Source: Candidatus Omnitrophota bacterium
Lineage (GTDB): Bacteria > Omnitrophota > Gorgyraeia > Zapsychrales > Fredricksoniimonadaceae
Direction of reading: 5' to 3'
Length of the DNA: 64,000 nt
NCBI GenBank assembly: GCA_015233145.1
Contig: JADFYI010000005.1
Coordinates: 16,872 to 80,871, forward strand
The position numbers were made by a program, and so were the translations under genes. How positions within the stretch are numbered: position 1 is the stretch's first letter; every line of letters starts with the position of its first letter. This document shows positions 1-10,159 of the stretch, piece by piece. The notes under the pieces were generated by a model, which did not search any database, had not been told where the DNA came from, and saw nothing but the letters and a program-made list of their open reading frames with translations.

Positions 1-1
1 A

Positions 2-1324
2 AAGTATATCCAGGTGCATGTCTCCGTTGTTGTTTTGGTTTCGCTTTTGGTCTGCCTTATTCCGACGACAATTGGAGGGCTCTTGCCGGCGATCGGGATC
101 GCAGGCATGGACCGGTTGCTTCAGATGAATGTTATTGCTTTAAGCGGCCGTGCCGTTGAGGCTTCGGGAGATGTGGATGTTGTGCTGTTGGATAAGACCG
201 GAACCCTGACTTTGGGAAACAGGATGGCAACGCAGTTTATCCCGGCCCAGGGCGTGACGGAGAAGGAGCTCACTGAGGCTGCGCTATATTCGTCTTTGGC
301 CGATGAAACGCCGGAAGGCCGAAGCATTATTACCCTGGCCAAGGAAAAGCTCGGGATTCACGGCACAGATATTACGCCGCCGGAGAATGCAGTTTTTATC
401 CCTTTTAGCGCCCAGAACAGGATGAGCGGGGTTGATATGCAGCAACGCCGTATCCGTAAAGGGGCTGAAGATGCCATGGCAAAGTTTGTCAAAGATAATG
501 GGGGTGGCGTGACTGCGGAATTTTCAAAGATTATTGAAGATATTTCCTTTGATGGCGGCACCCCGCTTGTGGTCGTGGACAATGCAAGAGTTTTGGGAGT
601 GGTGCAGTTAAAAGATGTGATCAAAAAGGGCATCAATGAGCGGGTCGGCCAATTGCGGAAGATGGGCATTCAGTCGGTCATGATCACCGGTGACAATCAG
701 TTGACAGCGGCCTCCATTGCGGCAGAAGCGGGGCTCGACGATTTTTTTGCGCAGGCCAGGCCGGAAAAGAAGCTGGAGCTGATCAGAAAATATCAAGCGC
801 AAGGGTATATGGTGGCCATGATCGGTGACGGAACCAATGATGCTCCGGCTTTGGCGCAGGCGGATGTGGCCGTGGCCATGAATGCGGGAACCCAGGTTGC
901 GCGTGAAGCCGCCAACATGGTTGACCTGGATTCGAACCCGACGAAGCTTCTGGATATTGTCGAGATAGGGAAACAAATCCTGATCACGAGGGGTGCCTTG
1001 ACGACATTCAGCATTGCCAATGACCTGGCCAAGTATTTTGCGATCATCCCGGCAGCTTTTGTGGCCCAGTATCCCGCCCTTCAGATTCTTAATGTCATGC
1101 ATTTGGCCAATGCCAGAAGCGCGGTCTTGTCGGCGGTCATTTTTAATGCCCTTATCATTCCGGCCCTGATTCCGCTTGCCTTGCGCGGCGTGCGTTACCG
1201 GCCGATGTCTCCAACGGCGTTACTTTACCGCAATCTTTTGATTTATGGTGCAGGCGGGATTGTTTTGCCGTTTATCGGGATCAAAATTATTGATGTGCTG
1301 TTAAATCTGTTTCATGGGGCATGA
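2..1324 (+). CDS. kdpB: K+-transporting P-type ATPase subunit KdpB, C-terminal ~440 aa (5' end outside window)
   Basis: Frame is open to the window edge, so the listed start at 14 is internal. Motifs: [10 protein letters not shown] phosphorylation loop, [21 protein letters not shown] hinge. Followed by kdpC and kdpD. Confidence 0.95.
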   Translation, partial: KYIQVHVSVVVLVSLLVCLIPTTIGGLLPAIGIAGMDRLLQMNVIALSGRAVEASGDVDVVLLDKTGTLTLGNRMATQFIPAQGVTEKELTEAALYSSLADETPEGRSIITLAKEKLGIHGTDITPPENAVFIPFSAQNRMSGVDMQQRRIRKGAEDAMAKFVKDNGGGVTAEFSKIIEDISFDGGTPLVVVDNARVLGVVQLKDVIKKGINERVGQLRKMGIQSVMITGDNQLTAASIAAEAGLDDFFAQARPEKKLELIRKYQAQGYMVAMIGDGTNDAPALAQADVAVAMNAGTQVAREAANMVDLDSNPTKLLDIVEIGKQILITRGALTTFSIANDLAKYFAIIPAAFVAQYPALQILNVMHLANARSAVLSAVIFNALIIPALIPLALRGVRYRPMSPTALLYRNLLIYGAGGIVLPFIGIKIIDVLLNLFHGA

Positions 1325-1335
1325 GGGGTTGCGTT

Positions 1336-1917
1336 ATGTTGACAATTGTATTAAGGCCGCTTTTTGTGTTGTTTTTATTTTCCGTGCTGACCGGAGTGGT
1401 GTATCCGCTTTTTATTACAGGATTGGGGCAGTCGTTCTTCCCTCGACAGGCGAATGGCAGTCTTCTATGGCAAGGCGGCAAGCCTGTGGGTTCGGAGCTG
1501 ATTGCCCAGCCCTTTAGCAAGGCGCGTTATTTTCAGGGGCGGCCATCGGCGGTTGACCAAATCACGGCGAATTCCGGCGCCAGCAATTACGGGCCGACAA
1601 GCGCGAAGCTCATGGATTCCCTCAAGGAGCGGATAGCGGCAGTGGTTCGTTCAAATCCGCTGGCGGACAAGGAGAATCTTCCTGCAGATCTTGTCCTGAC
1701 GTCAGGGAGCGGCCTTGATCCGCATTTGAGCCCAAAGGCGGCTTTATTGCAGGCAGATCGTATCGCCCGGGCAAGAAGAATAACCAAAGAAAGCGTTATT
1801 GCGCTCATCACAAAGAATGTGGAACAAAAACAGGCTGGTTTTTTGGGAGCAGAGCGGGTGAATGTTTTAAAGCTCAACCTGGCATTGGATGCCATGAAGG
1901 GGGCCGTAGATGAATGA
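1336..1917 (+). CDS. kdpC: K+-transporting ATPase subunit KdpC
   Basis: N-terminus MLTIVLRP...GVVYPL..GLGQ.FFP.QANGSL is KdpC-like. An alternative ATG at 1321 overlaps the kdpB stop (ATGA). Confidence 0.9.
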   Translation: MLTIVLRPLFVLFLFSVLTGVVYPLFITGLGQSFFPRQANGSLLWQGGKPVGSELIAQPFSKARYFQGRPSAVDQITANSGASNYGPTSAKLMDSLKERIAAVVRSNPLADKENLPADLVLTSGSGLDPHLSPKAALLQADRIARARRITKESVIALITKNVEQKQAGFLGAERVNVLKLNLALDAMKGAVDE

Positions 1918-3823
1918 TGAATCTTTACGACCGGATCCGGATGCCCTCTTGGCATTGGCAGGGGATGTGGAAAGCCAGCGTGGCAAGTTAACGATCTTTT
2001 TTGGCGCAGCTCCCGGTGTCGGAAAAACTTATGCCATGCTTGAGGAAGCCCAAAATCAGAAAAAAGAAAATGTTGATATTGTGGTTGGCTATGTGGAGCC
2101 GCACAAGCGCAAGGATACCGAAGGCCTTCTTTCGGGCCTGGAGGCTGTGCCGACTTTAAAAAGTGAGTATAAAAAGATTGTGCTGTCTGAAGTCGACGTT
2201 GATGCGGTTCTTCGGCGCCATCCTAAAATTGTTTTGGTGGACGAATTGGCTCATACGAATGCGCCGGGGGCCCGTCACGAAAAACGTTATCAGGATGTCG
2301 AAGAGATATTACAGGCCGGAATTGATGTGCACACGACTCTGAATGTCCAGCACCTGGAAAGTTTGAATGATGCCGTTCTGGGGGTGACCGGAATTCCGGT
2401 GAAGGAGACTGTGCCGGACAGCGTGTTTTTTGGGGCTGACGAAGTCAAGATTATTGACCTTTCCCCCAGGGCGCTGCTTAAGCGCTTGGCCGAGGGCAAA
2501 GTTTATCTTGGCGAGATGGCTGAGCGTGCAGTAGAGCGGTTTTTTACGGTGGGGAATTTGACGGCCCTGCGTGAACTGGCGCTGCGTGCTATCGCGACTC
2601 GCGTGGACAAGGATATGGACGTTTACCGCAAACTCAAAGCGTCCAAAGAGCCCTGGCCTGTGGCGGATAAGATTCTTGTTTGCCTTTTTTCAAGCCCTTC
2701 AGCGGAACATCTGGTGCGTTGCGCCTTTCGCCTTGCTTCAGAGCTCAATGCCCGCTGGGTCGCGTTGCACGTTGTCACAGAGCGCGACAATACCATGACT
2801 GACCAGGAAAAGGCGTGGCTTTTGAAAGCTGTGGGTTTGGCTAAAGAATTGGGAGCGGAAATGGTTTCTCTCCGGGGTGTTGATGCCGCCGATGTCATCA
2901 TTCGTTTTGCCCAGGACCATAATATTGCAAAAATCATCCTTGGAAAACCGAACAGGCTGGGGAAGGGGCTCTTTTTTTCATGGAAAATGATCATGGGCAC
3001 GCCCGGGATTGATATTTTCTGGTTTTCTCATGAGTTTAAGAAGGGCATCCTTTTTGAGAAGAGAAGGCACAATCCCTGGGGCGGCGTTTTTTATGGCTTG
3101 CTTTGTGTTGGAGCGGCGGCGCTTTTAGGGCAGATTTTAAGAAATCATTTGAATGAGACCAATACACTGTTTTTCATGCTTTTGCCTGTTGTGGCGGTAT
3201 CCATCAGGTTTAACCGCCGTTCAGCTGTTATTTCTTCGGCGCTGAGTGTGGCATTGTTTGATTATCTGTTCGTTAAGCCTTATTACACGTTTGCGATCAT
3301 GGATATTCAATATTTTCTTTCTTTTGTTGTGTTTGCGCTCATTGCTTTTGGATTGAGCAGTCTGGCTGCGCAGTTGAGATTTCAGATCCGTGAATTGCGC
3401 CGGAGCGAAGCTAAGAGTGCCGCGCTTTATAATCTTACGAGCGACCTTTTGGCGGCAAAGACCATGGATCAGGTTGCGGAAGTCATGTTAAATAATATTC
3501 GAAGGATTTTGCCTTGTGATGCGGGGGTGTTTCTTTTTGGGGAGGGGCAGCAGATTGTCATACAGAAACGCAGTCCCGGCTTTGTTTTTGATGAAAAAGA
3601 AGAGGCCGTGGCCTTGTGGGTTCAAAAAAATGCCCAGCCAGCCGGTCCGGGGACAAAAACACTGCGTGAGGCCAGAGCCATCTATCTGCCTGTTAAGCGT
3701 GATCAGGGCGTGGAGGGCGTTATCGGTATTAAATTATCTGCGGGCAGTGTTTTGACAGCAGATCAGCAGGCGTTGTTAAGCGCCGTGGGGCGCGTGGGAG
3801 TGTTGGCTTTAAAGCAGGTATAG
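1910..3823 (+). CDS. kdpD: KdpD-type sensor protein (KdpD N-domain + Usp-like + 4 TM + GAF-like) lacking the HisKA/HATPase transmitter
   Basis: RGKLTIFFGAAPGVGKTYAMLEEAQ Walker-type KdpD N-domain. Four hydrophobic helices at about residues 390-490. The ORF stops at 637 aa after a GAF-like segment, with no H-box or ATPase motifs. Its start overlaps the kdpC end. Confidence 0.85.
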   Translation: MNDESLRPDPDALLALAGDVESQRGKLTIFFGAAPGVGKTYAMLEEAQNQKKENVDIVVGYVEPHKRKDTEGLLSGLEAVPTLKSEYKKIVLSEVDVDAVLRRHPKIVLVDELAHTNAPGARHEKRYQDVEEILQAGIDVHTTLNVQHLESLNDAVLGVTGIPVKETVPDSVFFGADEVKIIDLSPRALLKRLAEGKVYLGEMAERAVERFFTVGNLTALRELALRAIATRVDKDMDVYRKLKASKEPWPVADKILVCLFSSPSAEHLVRCAFRLASELNARWVALHVVTERDNTMTDQEKAWLLKAVGLAKELGAEMVSLRGVDAADVIIRFAQDHNIAKIILGKPNRLGKGLFFSWKMIMGTPGIDIFWFSHEFKKGILFEKRRHNPWGGVFYGLLCVGAAALLGQILRNHLNETNTLFFMLLPVVAVSIRFNRRSAVISSALSVALFDYLFVKPYYTFAIMDIQYFLSFVVFALIAFGLSSLAAQLRFQIRELRRSEAKSAALYNLTSDLLAAKTMDQVAEVMLNNIRRILPCDAGVFLFGEGQQIVIQKRSPGFVFDEKEEAVALWVQKNAQPAGPGTKTLREARAIYLPVKRDQGVEGVIGIKLSAGSVLTADQQALLSAVGRVGVLALKQV

Positions 3824-3855
3824 CTTCTTAATAGAATTAAAATAGGGAGAGTCTT

Positions 3856-4179
3856 ATGAAGGGTTTAATGATTATTTTAACGGTTGTGTTAACAAGCGCG
3901 CCATTCGCGGCTTATGCGCAGGTGCCGGCTGAGGCGGCTTCCGAGAAGCCGGTCGTGGTCGGCAACAAGATATGCCCGGTATCGGGTGCGAAAATCCTCG
4001 CGGATGCGGGCATGGCTCCGGTAATGTATGAATACAAAGGCAGGGTTTACAATCTCTGCTGTTCCGGATGCCTAGAGGCATTCAAGGCCGACCCTGAGAA
4101 ATACAGTAAAATTGCGGATCAGGAAGTTCTTAGTGCCCAAAAGCAGATGAGCGATGCGCCTGTCCAGAGCGTGCCCTAG
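3856..4179 (+). CDS. Secreted YHS/TRASH-type metal-binding domain protein
   Basis: Signal peptide MKGLMIILTVVLTSAPFAAYA. Motif CPVSG...YEYKGRVYNLCCSGCLEAFKADPEKY is a YHS-domain pattern. Confidence 0.7.
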   Translation: MKGLMIILTVVLTSAPFAAYAQVPAEAASEKPVVVGNKICPVSGAKILADAGMAPVMYEYKGRVYNLCCSGCLEAFKADPEKYSKIADQEVLSAQKQMSDAPVQSVP

Positions 4180-4265
4180 AGAAATTAGTTTTTGGTAGGG
4201 GTATCTGGCCTTATTTTAGATTTCATTTTAGAATATCGTCGAAATCTTTCACGCCTTGTTTTTTC

Positions 4266-4295
4266 TTGACATACCTAGGGGGGGTATGCTATATT
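4266..4295 (+). promoter_or_regulatory. Sigma70-like promoter (TTGACA 4266-4271, TATATT 4290-4295) with an embedded CsoR-type operator ATACCTAGGGGGGGTAT (4271-4287)
   Basis: The -35 and -10 hexamers are 18 nt apart. A G-tract pseudo-palindrome ATACC-N7-GGTAT sits between them, directly upstream of csoR. Confidence 0.6.
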
Positions 4296-4317
4296 CATGG
4301 CAGAAGGGAGATTTGCC

Positions 4318-4602
4318 ATGAGTAAGTCCACAACCACACATGCCGAACAAATCGTTTATTTAAAAAAGATCGAAGGTCAGATACGGGGCGTCCAGAAGAT
4401 GATTGAGGAGGGGAGGTACTGCGTTGACATATTAACGCAGATCCAGTCCATCAGCGGCGCCATCAAGCGCGTTGAAAATGAGGTTTTTAAGAAGCACCTC
4501 GAGGGCTGTGTTGTCGGCGCCCTTGAGAGCAAGTCTCCACGCGAAAGCCAGAAAAAGGTTGATGAGGTTCTGGGTCTCATCATTCGTTTCAAGAAGGGAT
4601 AG
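4318..4602 (+). CDS. csoR: CsoR-family Cu(I)-sensing transcriptional repressor
   Basis: Motif YLKKIEGQIRGVQKMIEEGRYCVDILTQI...KKHLEGC carries the C...H-x3-C ligand signature. GAAGGGAG RBS precedes ATG 4318. The track start at 4297 would sit inside the promoter. Confidence 0.8.
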   Translation: MSKSTTTHAEQIVYLKKIEGQIRGVQKMIEEGRYCVDILTQIQSISGAIKRVENEVFKKHLEGCVVGALESKSPRESQKKVDEVLGLIIRFKKG

Positions 4603-4604
4603 CT

Positions 4605-5870
4605 ATGCGGCAGAAACTGATAGCATTTCTTATTGTTATGATTGTGGCGCTGCCGGCCTTTGCGGCCAGTGACGCGGTGCCGTTAAATTCCCTGATTCAG
4701 GAAGCCTTGAAAAATAATCCCCGGTTAAAGGCTGCCCATTACCGCGCCGAGGCGGCCCAGGCCCGCGCGGCGCTCTTCCGCAATATTCCCGACCCTATGC
4801 TGGAATATGATTATGACAGGATTATCCCGGCCGAGGCCATGTCCGGCGGCGGGAAGGTCCGTCCCATGAGGTCTCTGTCTGTATCGCAGGAAATTCCATT
4901 CCCCACCAAAATTTTTATGCGCAAGAAATCTGCCCAGAAAGAGGCCAATGCGCTACAGCAGGAATATAAGGAAACAGAGCAGGCGGTTATCAAGGAAGTT
5001 AAAGAAGCCTATTCCCATTTATATCTTAACCGCAGAAAAGTGGAGTATCTTAAAGATTCTCTGAGTTTGATGAGCCAGTTTGTTGAAGTGACAAACAAGA
5101 AGTATGCGGTCAATAAGGCGGGCCAACAGGATGTGCTGCGCGCGCAAGTGGAGTATTCCAAATTATCCAATACCGTGATCCTTTATGAAAAAGAAGCCAG
5201 GATCGCCCAAAGCCTGTTGATTTCTCTTTTAGGCCGGGAGGATGATGCGTCTATTGATATTCTTCCCGTGGATCCCGCCAAGGATTTGAATTTAAAAGAA
5301 GAGGACATCGTGGCCCTGGCCAAAAAAGACCGGCCGGAACTAAAGTCAGTCCGGGAGATGCTGGAAAAAGCAGAAGTGGATAGCTCTTTGAGCAAACAGG
5401 AATTCTTGCCGGACATTACCGTGAAATATCAGCGGGAAGGAAAAGACGGCAAGCTCAGCCGGATGGATGAGGGTGAGTGGTCTGGCTCGGTGGGCATTAA
5501 TGTCCCGCTTTGGTTTTGGGGCAAACAGCTTTCCGGGGTCCGTGAGGCTCGGGCCAATCTTGAGGCGGCGAAGGCTGATTACAAGTCTGCCGAGAATACG
5601 GCTGTCTTTGAAGCCAAAAGCGCGTTTGCCAAATACGAGGCCGCACGCAGTCTTGTGGAGATTTACGAAACAGGCGTTTTGCCGCAGGCCACATCTGCGG
5701 CCACAACAGCGCGCAAGGCTTATGAGTCCGGTACGCTGGGCTTTTTGGAACTTTTGGATTCTTTAAGGATGTTAAAGGATCTTCAGATGGAATATTTTGA
5801 GTCTGTGTCAGAATTACAGGTTTCACTGGCCGATCTGGAGAGATCCGCCGGAGGAAGCCTCGGAAATTAA
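4605..5870 (+). CDS. TolC/CusC-like outer-membrane efflux protein
   Basis: Signal peptide. Two repeated OEP-type halves (LIQEALKNNPRLKAA...; RPELKSVREMLEKAE...). First gene of a three-gene RND operon. Confidence 0.8.
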   Translation: MRQKLIAFLIVMIVALPAFAASDAVPLNSLIQEALKNNPRLKAAHYRAEAAQARAALFRNIPDPMLEYDYDRIIPAEAMSGGGKVRPMRSLSVSQEIPFPTKIFMRKKSAQKEANALQQEYKETEQAVIKEVKEAYSHLYLNRRKVEYLKDSLSLMSQFVEVTNKKYAVNKAGQQDVLRAQVEYSKLSNTVILYEKEARIAQSLLISLLGREDDASIDILPVDPAKDLNLKEEDIVALAKKDRPELKSVREMLEKAEVDSSLSKQEFLPDITVKYQREGKDGKLSRMDEGEWSGSVGINVPLWFWGKQLSGVREARANLEAAKADYKSAENTAVFEAKSAFAKYEAARSLVEIYETGVLPQATSAATTARKAYESGTLGFLELLDSLRMLKDLQMEYFESVSELQVSLADLERSAGGSLGN

Positions 5871-5879
5871 GGAGCATTT

Positions 5880-6896
5880 ATGAAGATGAAAATATTTTTC
5901 ATGTCTGTGGTGCTCGCGGGCTTTGTGGCTGCCGGGTTTGTGTCACGAGGGCTTGCCGAGGAGAGCACTCTCGGGCATCCGGCGAAAAAGGCTGTTTATT
6001 ATTGCCCCATGCATCCCCATTATGTTTCTGATAAAAAAGGAACGTGTCCTATTTGCGGCATGGACCTGGTGAAAAAAGAAACTGCAGAAGAACCAGCAGC
6101 ATCAGGCGGAGTTGCCATTAATGAGAATAAACAGCAGTTGATCGGTGTGAAAAAAGATATTGTTAAAAAGCGTCCGCTTGCCGTTGAAATTTTAACCTCA
6201 GGCAAAGTGGCGTATGACCCTGATTTGTATGTTGCCGAGGAAGAGTATATCCAGGCCTTAAAAACGGCGGCTGCGACTGAGAAAAGCGCCCTTGTTTCCA
6301 TCCGGGAACAGTCCCAGGGGCTTCTGGCATCGGCGGAAAGAAAGCTCGCGTTGCTGGGCATGAGCAAGACTGAAATCGAAACGCTTAAAAATAGCGGTGT
6401 GGCACAGGATAATTTGTATCTTTCCGGCAATTCCGGCAAGGCGTGGATTTATGTGACAATTTATGAATATGAAATGGGGCTTGTAAAAGAAGGCCAGGAG
6501 GTTTTTGTGGATGCCGTGGCGTTTCCAGGGGAGGTTTTTAAGGGTAAGGTCAAAAGTTTAACGCCGATCCTCAATTCTGAAAGCCGTTCTGTCCACGCGC
6601 GCAGCGAAGTTGACGATAAAGACGGAAAGTTAAAGCCGGAGATGTTTGTGAATGCAAAAATTTTAGTCGACTTAGGAGAAAAGCTCGCGGTTCCCGAGGA
6701 AGCTGTCATGGATTCCGGAACGCGCAAAATTGTTTATGTGGTTACGGGCGACCACTTTACATTGCGTGAGGTGACATTAGGCTCCAAGGCCGGCGAGTTT
6801 TATGAAGTCTTAAGCGGGCTTGAAGAAGGTGAAGCGGTTGTCACAAGCGGTAATTTTCTTATTGACGCCGAGAGCAAGCTCAAGGGAAGTTTATGA
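5880..6896 (+). CDS. cusB: RND efflux periplasmic adaptor (CusB-like) with N-terminal heavy-metal-binding domain
   Basis: YYCPMHPHYVSDKKGTCPICGMDLV metal-binding motif, then a HlyD-type barrel-sandwich region. Its stop overlaps the cusA start. Confidence 0.8.
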   Translation: MKMKIFFMSVVLAGFVAAGFVSRGLAEESTLGHPAKKAVYYCPMHPHYVSDKKGTCPICGMDLVKKETAEEPAASGGVAINENKQQLIGVKKDIVKKRPLAVEILTSGKVAYDPDLYVAEEEYIQALKTAAATEKSALVSIREQSQGLLASAERKLALLGMSKTEIETLKNSGVAQDNLYLSGNSGKAWIYVTIYEYEMGLVKEGQEVFVDAVAFPGEVFKGKVKSLTPILNSESRSVHARSEVDDKDGKLKPEMFVNAKILVDLGEKLAVPEEAVMDSGTRKIVYVVTGDHFTLREVTLGSKAGEFYEVLSGLEEGEAVVTSGNFLIDAESKLKGSL

Positions 6897-9800
6897 TAGA
6901 AAAGCTCATAGAATTTTCAGCCAGGAATAAGTATGTCATCTTAATTATCACGCTTGTGGCGATGGTGGCAGCTGTTTATTCTATTAAAAATATTCCGCTC
7001 GATGCTATTCCTGACCTTTCGGATACGCAGGTGATCATCTATTCCCGATGGGACCGTTCACCAGATATTATTGAAGACCAGGTCACATATCCTATTATCA
7101 CAGCCATGCTCGGCGCACCGGATGTCAAGGCCATCCGGGGGTTCTCGGATTTCGGGTATTCTTACGTTTACATTATTTTCAAGGATGGCACTGATATTTA
7201 CTGGGCGCGCAGCCGCACCCTTGAATATTTAAGCAAAATCCTTCCCAAACTGCCCGAAGGCGTACGCACAGAGCTGGGGCCTGATGCCACATCCGTTGGC
7301 TGGGTTTATCAGTATGCGCTGGTCGATAAGTCGGGCAAAAACAATCTTGCCCAGCTGCGCTCATTTCAGGATTGGTATTTGCATTACTGGCTCCAGTCAG
7401 TCCCCGGGGTCGCTGAAGTGGCGTCAGTCGGCGGGTTTCAGAAACAATATCAGGTGAATGTGAACCCTAATGCGCTTTTGAGCTACAACATCCCTCTTAT
7501 GAAAGTGACCGAGGCGATCCGTAATGGTAACAATGATGTCGGCGGTCGCCTGGTTGAGTTTGCGGGGACTGAATACATGGTGCGCGGCCGCGGTTATGCC
7601 AAGTCGGTCAAAGACATTGAAAATATTGTTGTGGGCAATGACCCTCAAGGCAGTCCGATTTTAATCAAGAATATCGCCTCTGTGGTGATGGGGCCGGACA
7701 TTCGGCGCGGAGTGGCTGACCTTGACGGCGAGGGCGAAACAGTGGGCGGCATTGTGGTCATGCGGACAGGCGAGAATGCGTTAAACGTTATTTCGAGGGT
7801 CAAGGAAAAGCTTAAGGAGGTCAGGGCTTCACTTCCGCCGGGAGTGGAGGTGGTGGCCACGTACGACCGCTCTGACCTTATCCTGCGCGCGATTGAAACA
7901 CTCAAACACCAGCTTATTGAGGAAATGGTCATTGTGAGCTTGGTCATCATATTTTTTCTGTGGCATTTCCCATCGGCCAGTGTCCCGATTGCAACGATTC
8001 CTGTGGCCGTGCTTTTGTCTTTTATCCCCATGTTTGCCATGAAGCTCACCTCAAATATCATGTCATTGGCCGGTATCGCGATTTCTATCGGCGTTTTGGT
8101 GGACGGCGCTATTGTCATGGTGGAAAACGCGTATAAAAAAATTCAGCTGTGGGATGCCGGAGGCCGAAAAGAAAATTATCAGGATGTTCTTTTGACATCG
8201 CTTAAGGAAGTCGGGCCTTCGGTCTTTTTTTCACTTCTGGTCATCGCAATCGCCTTTTTACCGGTCTTTACGCTCGTCGATCAGGAGGGCAGGCTTTTCA
8301 GGCCGCTCGCGTTCAGCAAAAATTTTGCGATGAGTATTGCCGCAGTTCTCGCGGTCACGCTTGTACCGGCCATGTTTGTGCTTTTGGTCCGCGTGAACAA
8401 AGTCAAATGGCGCGCACAGTGGCTCTCCAACATTATCAACATTTTTACCGTCGGGAAATATTACCCTGAAGAAAAGCACCCGATCAGCAGGGTTTTGTTT
8501 AAGGTTTATGAGCCTGTCTGCCGGCTTGTCCTTCAATACCGCAAACTGACGTTGTTGGCTGCAGGCGCCCTCGTGATTGCAACGGTTCCGATATTCCTTA
8601 AGCTTGGCTCGGAGTTTATGCCGTCGTTAAACGAAGGCACGATTCTTTATATGCCTACGACCCTGCCTGGGATTTCTGTTACCGAGGCTGGAAAACTTTT
8701 GCAGCAGATGGACAAGGTCTTAAAGTCTGAGCCTGAAGTGGAGCGCGTTTTCGGGAAGGCTGGCCGCGCAGAAACTTCGACTGATCCGGCGCCGTTTTCC
8801 ATGATGGAAACAACAATTATCCTTAAACCCGAGAATCAGTGGCGCAAGGGCATGACTTCGGAAAAGATTATTTCCGATCTTAACGGGAAAATGCAGTTTC
8901 CCGGGGTGTCGAATGCCTGGACCATGCCGATCAAGGCGCGCATTGACATGCTCACAACAGGTATCCGCACACCGGTAGGGATCAAGATTTTTGGTGATGA
9001 CTTAAAAGAGATCGAAAAGTTAGGGGTCAAGCTTGAAGGCATCATGAAAGACGTTAAAGGCACGCGCAGTGTTTATGCCGAGCGCGTGACCGGCGGCTAC
9101 TTTGTGGACTTTGACATCAAGCGTGAGCAAATCGCGCGCTACGGCCTTGCGATCAAAGATGTGGAAGATATCATCATGACTGCGATTGGCGGAGAGACGG
9201 TCACGACAACAGTGGAAGGCCGCGAACGTTATACCGTGAACGTCCGCTACGCCCGCGAATTGCGCGACGATCTGCCTAAGCTTCGCCGCGTTTTGGTCCC
9301 CACGATGGGAGGGGCTCAAATCCCTCTCGAACAACTGGCGGATATCCACCTGACCCAGGGCCCGGCCATGATCAGGGATGAAAACGGGATGCTGTCGGGT
9401 TATGTGTATGTTGATATCGCTGACCGGGATGTCGGCAGTTTTGTGGAGGAGGCAAAGAAGGTTGTCGAGAAGGAACTTAAGGTCCCCACGGGTTATGCCC
9501 TTCAGTGGAGCGGCCAGTATGAAAACATGCTGCGCGTACGCGACAGGCTTAAGGTGGTTATTCCTTTGACGCTTTTTTTGATCTTTCTTCTTCTTTATAT
9601 GAACACCCGTTCATCTGTCAAGGCCGGGATTGTGATGCTGGCAGTCCCCTTTTCTCTGGTCGGGGCAGTGTGGTTTTTAGCCATGCTCGGGTTTAATATG
9701 TCCATTGCGGTATGGGTGGGGATGATTGCGCTCATGGGGCTCGATGCCGAGACCGGGGTTTTCATGCTTTTGTTTTTGGATTTGGCTTACTATGACCGCG

Positions 9801-10099
9801 TTCGGCGCAATGCCATGAAAACCCAGGATGACCTTAAAGAGGCGATTGTGCACGGCGCGGTCAAGCGCATCCGGCCCAAGATGATGACAGTGGCGGCCAT
9901 GTTCATGAGCTTGATTCCGATCATGTGGTCTATGGGGGCCGGGGCAGACGTTATGAAACGCATTGCCGCGCCCATGATCGGCGGTATTTTCAGCAGTTTT
10001 GTTATGGAGCTATTGGTGTATCCGGCTGTTTATTTCATCTGGAAGTGGCATTATGAGATGAAGCAGGGAACCGTTGATGTTGGCAGGCAACATTCTTGA
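6893..10099 (+). CDS. cusA: CusA/CzcA-family heavy-metal efflux RND transporter
   Basis: 1068 aa. N-terminus MIEKLIEFSARNKY...IPLDAIPDLSDTQVIIYSRW closely resembles CusA. 12-TM RND architecture. Confidence 0.9.
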   Translation: MIEKLIEFSARNKYVILIITLVAMVAAVYSIKNIPLDAIPDLSDTQVIIYSRWDRSPDIIEDQVTYPIITAMLGAPDVKAIRGFSDFGYSYVYIIFKDGTDIYWARSRTLEYLSKILPKLPEGVRTELGPDATSVGWVYQYALVDKSGKNNLAQLRSFQDWYLHYWLQSVPGVAEVASVGGFQKQYQVNVNPNALLSYNIPLMKVTEAIRNGNNDVGGRLVEFAGTEYMVRGRGYAKSVKDIENIVVGNDPQGSPILIKNIASVVMGPDIRRGVADLDGEGETVGGIVVMRTGENALNVISRVKEKLKEVRASLPPGVEVVATYDRSDLILRAIETLKHQLIEEMVIVSLVIIFFLWHFPSASVPIATIPVAVLLSFIPMFAMKLTSNIMSLAGIAISIGVLVDGAIVMVENAYKKIQLWDAGGRKENYQDVLLTSLKEVGPSVFFSLLVIAIAFLPVFTLVDQEGRLFRPLAFSKNFAMSIAAVLAVTLVPAMFVLLVRVNKVKWRAQWLSNIINIFTVGKYYPEEKHPISRVLFKVYEPVCRLVLQYRKLTLLAAGALVIATVPIFLKLGSEFMPSLNEGTILYMPTTLPGISVTEAGKLLQQMDKVLKSEPEVERVFGKAGRAETSTDPAPFSMMETTIILKPENQWRKGMTSEKIISDLNGKMQFPGVSNAWTMPIKARIDMLTTGIRTPVGIKIFGDDLKEIEKLGVKLEGIMKDVKGTRSVYAERVTGGYFVDFDIKREQIARYGLAIKDVEDIIMTAIGGETVTTTVEGRERYTVNVRYARELRDDLPKLRRVLVPTMGGAQIPLEQLADIHLTQGPAMIRDENGMLSGYVYVDIADRDVGSFVEEAKKVVEKELKVPTGYALQWSGQYENMLRVRDRLKVVIPLTLFLIFLLLYMNTRSSVKAGIVMLAVPFSLVGAVWFLAMLGFNMSIAVWVGMIALMGLDAETGVFMLLFLDLAYYDRVRRNAMKTQDDLKEAIVHGAVKRIRPKMMTVAAMFMSLIPIMWSMGAGADVMKRIAAPMIGGIFSSFVMELLVYPAVYFIWKWHYEMKQGTVDVGRQHS

Positions 10100-10159
10100 C
10101 ACCCTGGTTTTTTTCTGTTAATTGGTAATAATAATCAGATGCTTTTAATGGGGGATGGG

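Noticed and set aside
608-1102. 164-aa antisense ORF inside kdpB (also 121-342, 358-669, 793-1047)
   Set aside because: These are shadow ORFs opposite a strongly supported P-type ATPase gene. Their composition is low-complexity and Arg/Gly-rich, typical of the antisense frame.
7645-8118. 157-aa antisense ORF inside cusA
   Set aside because: It lies opposite a confidently identified RND transporter and has no RBS or motif.
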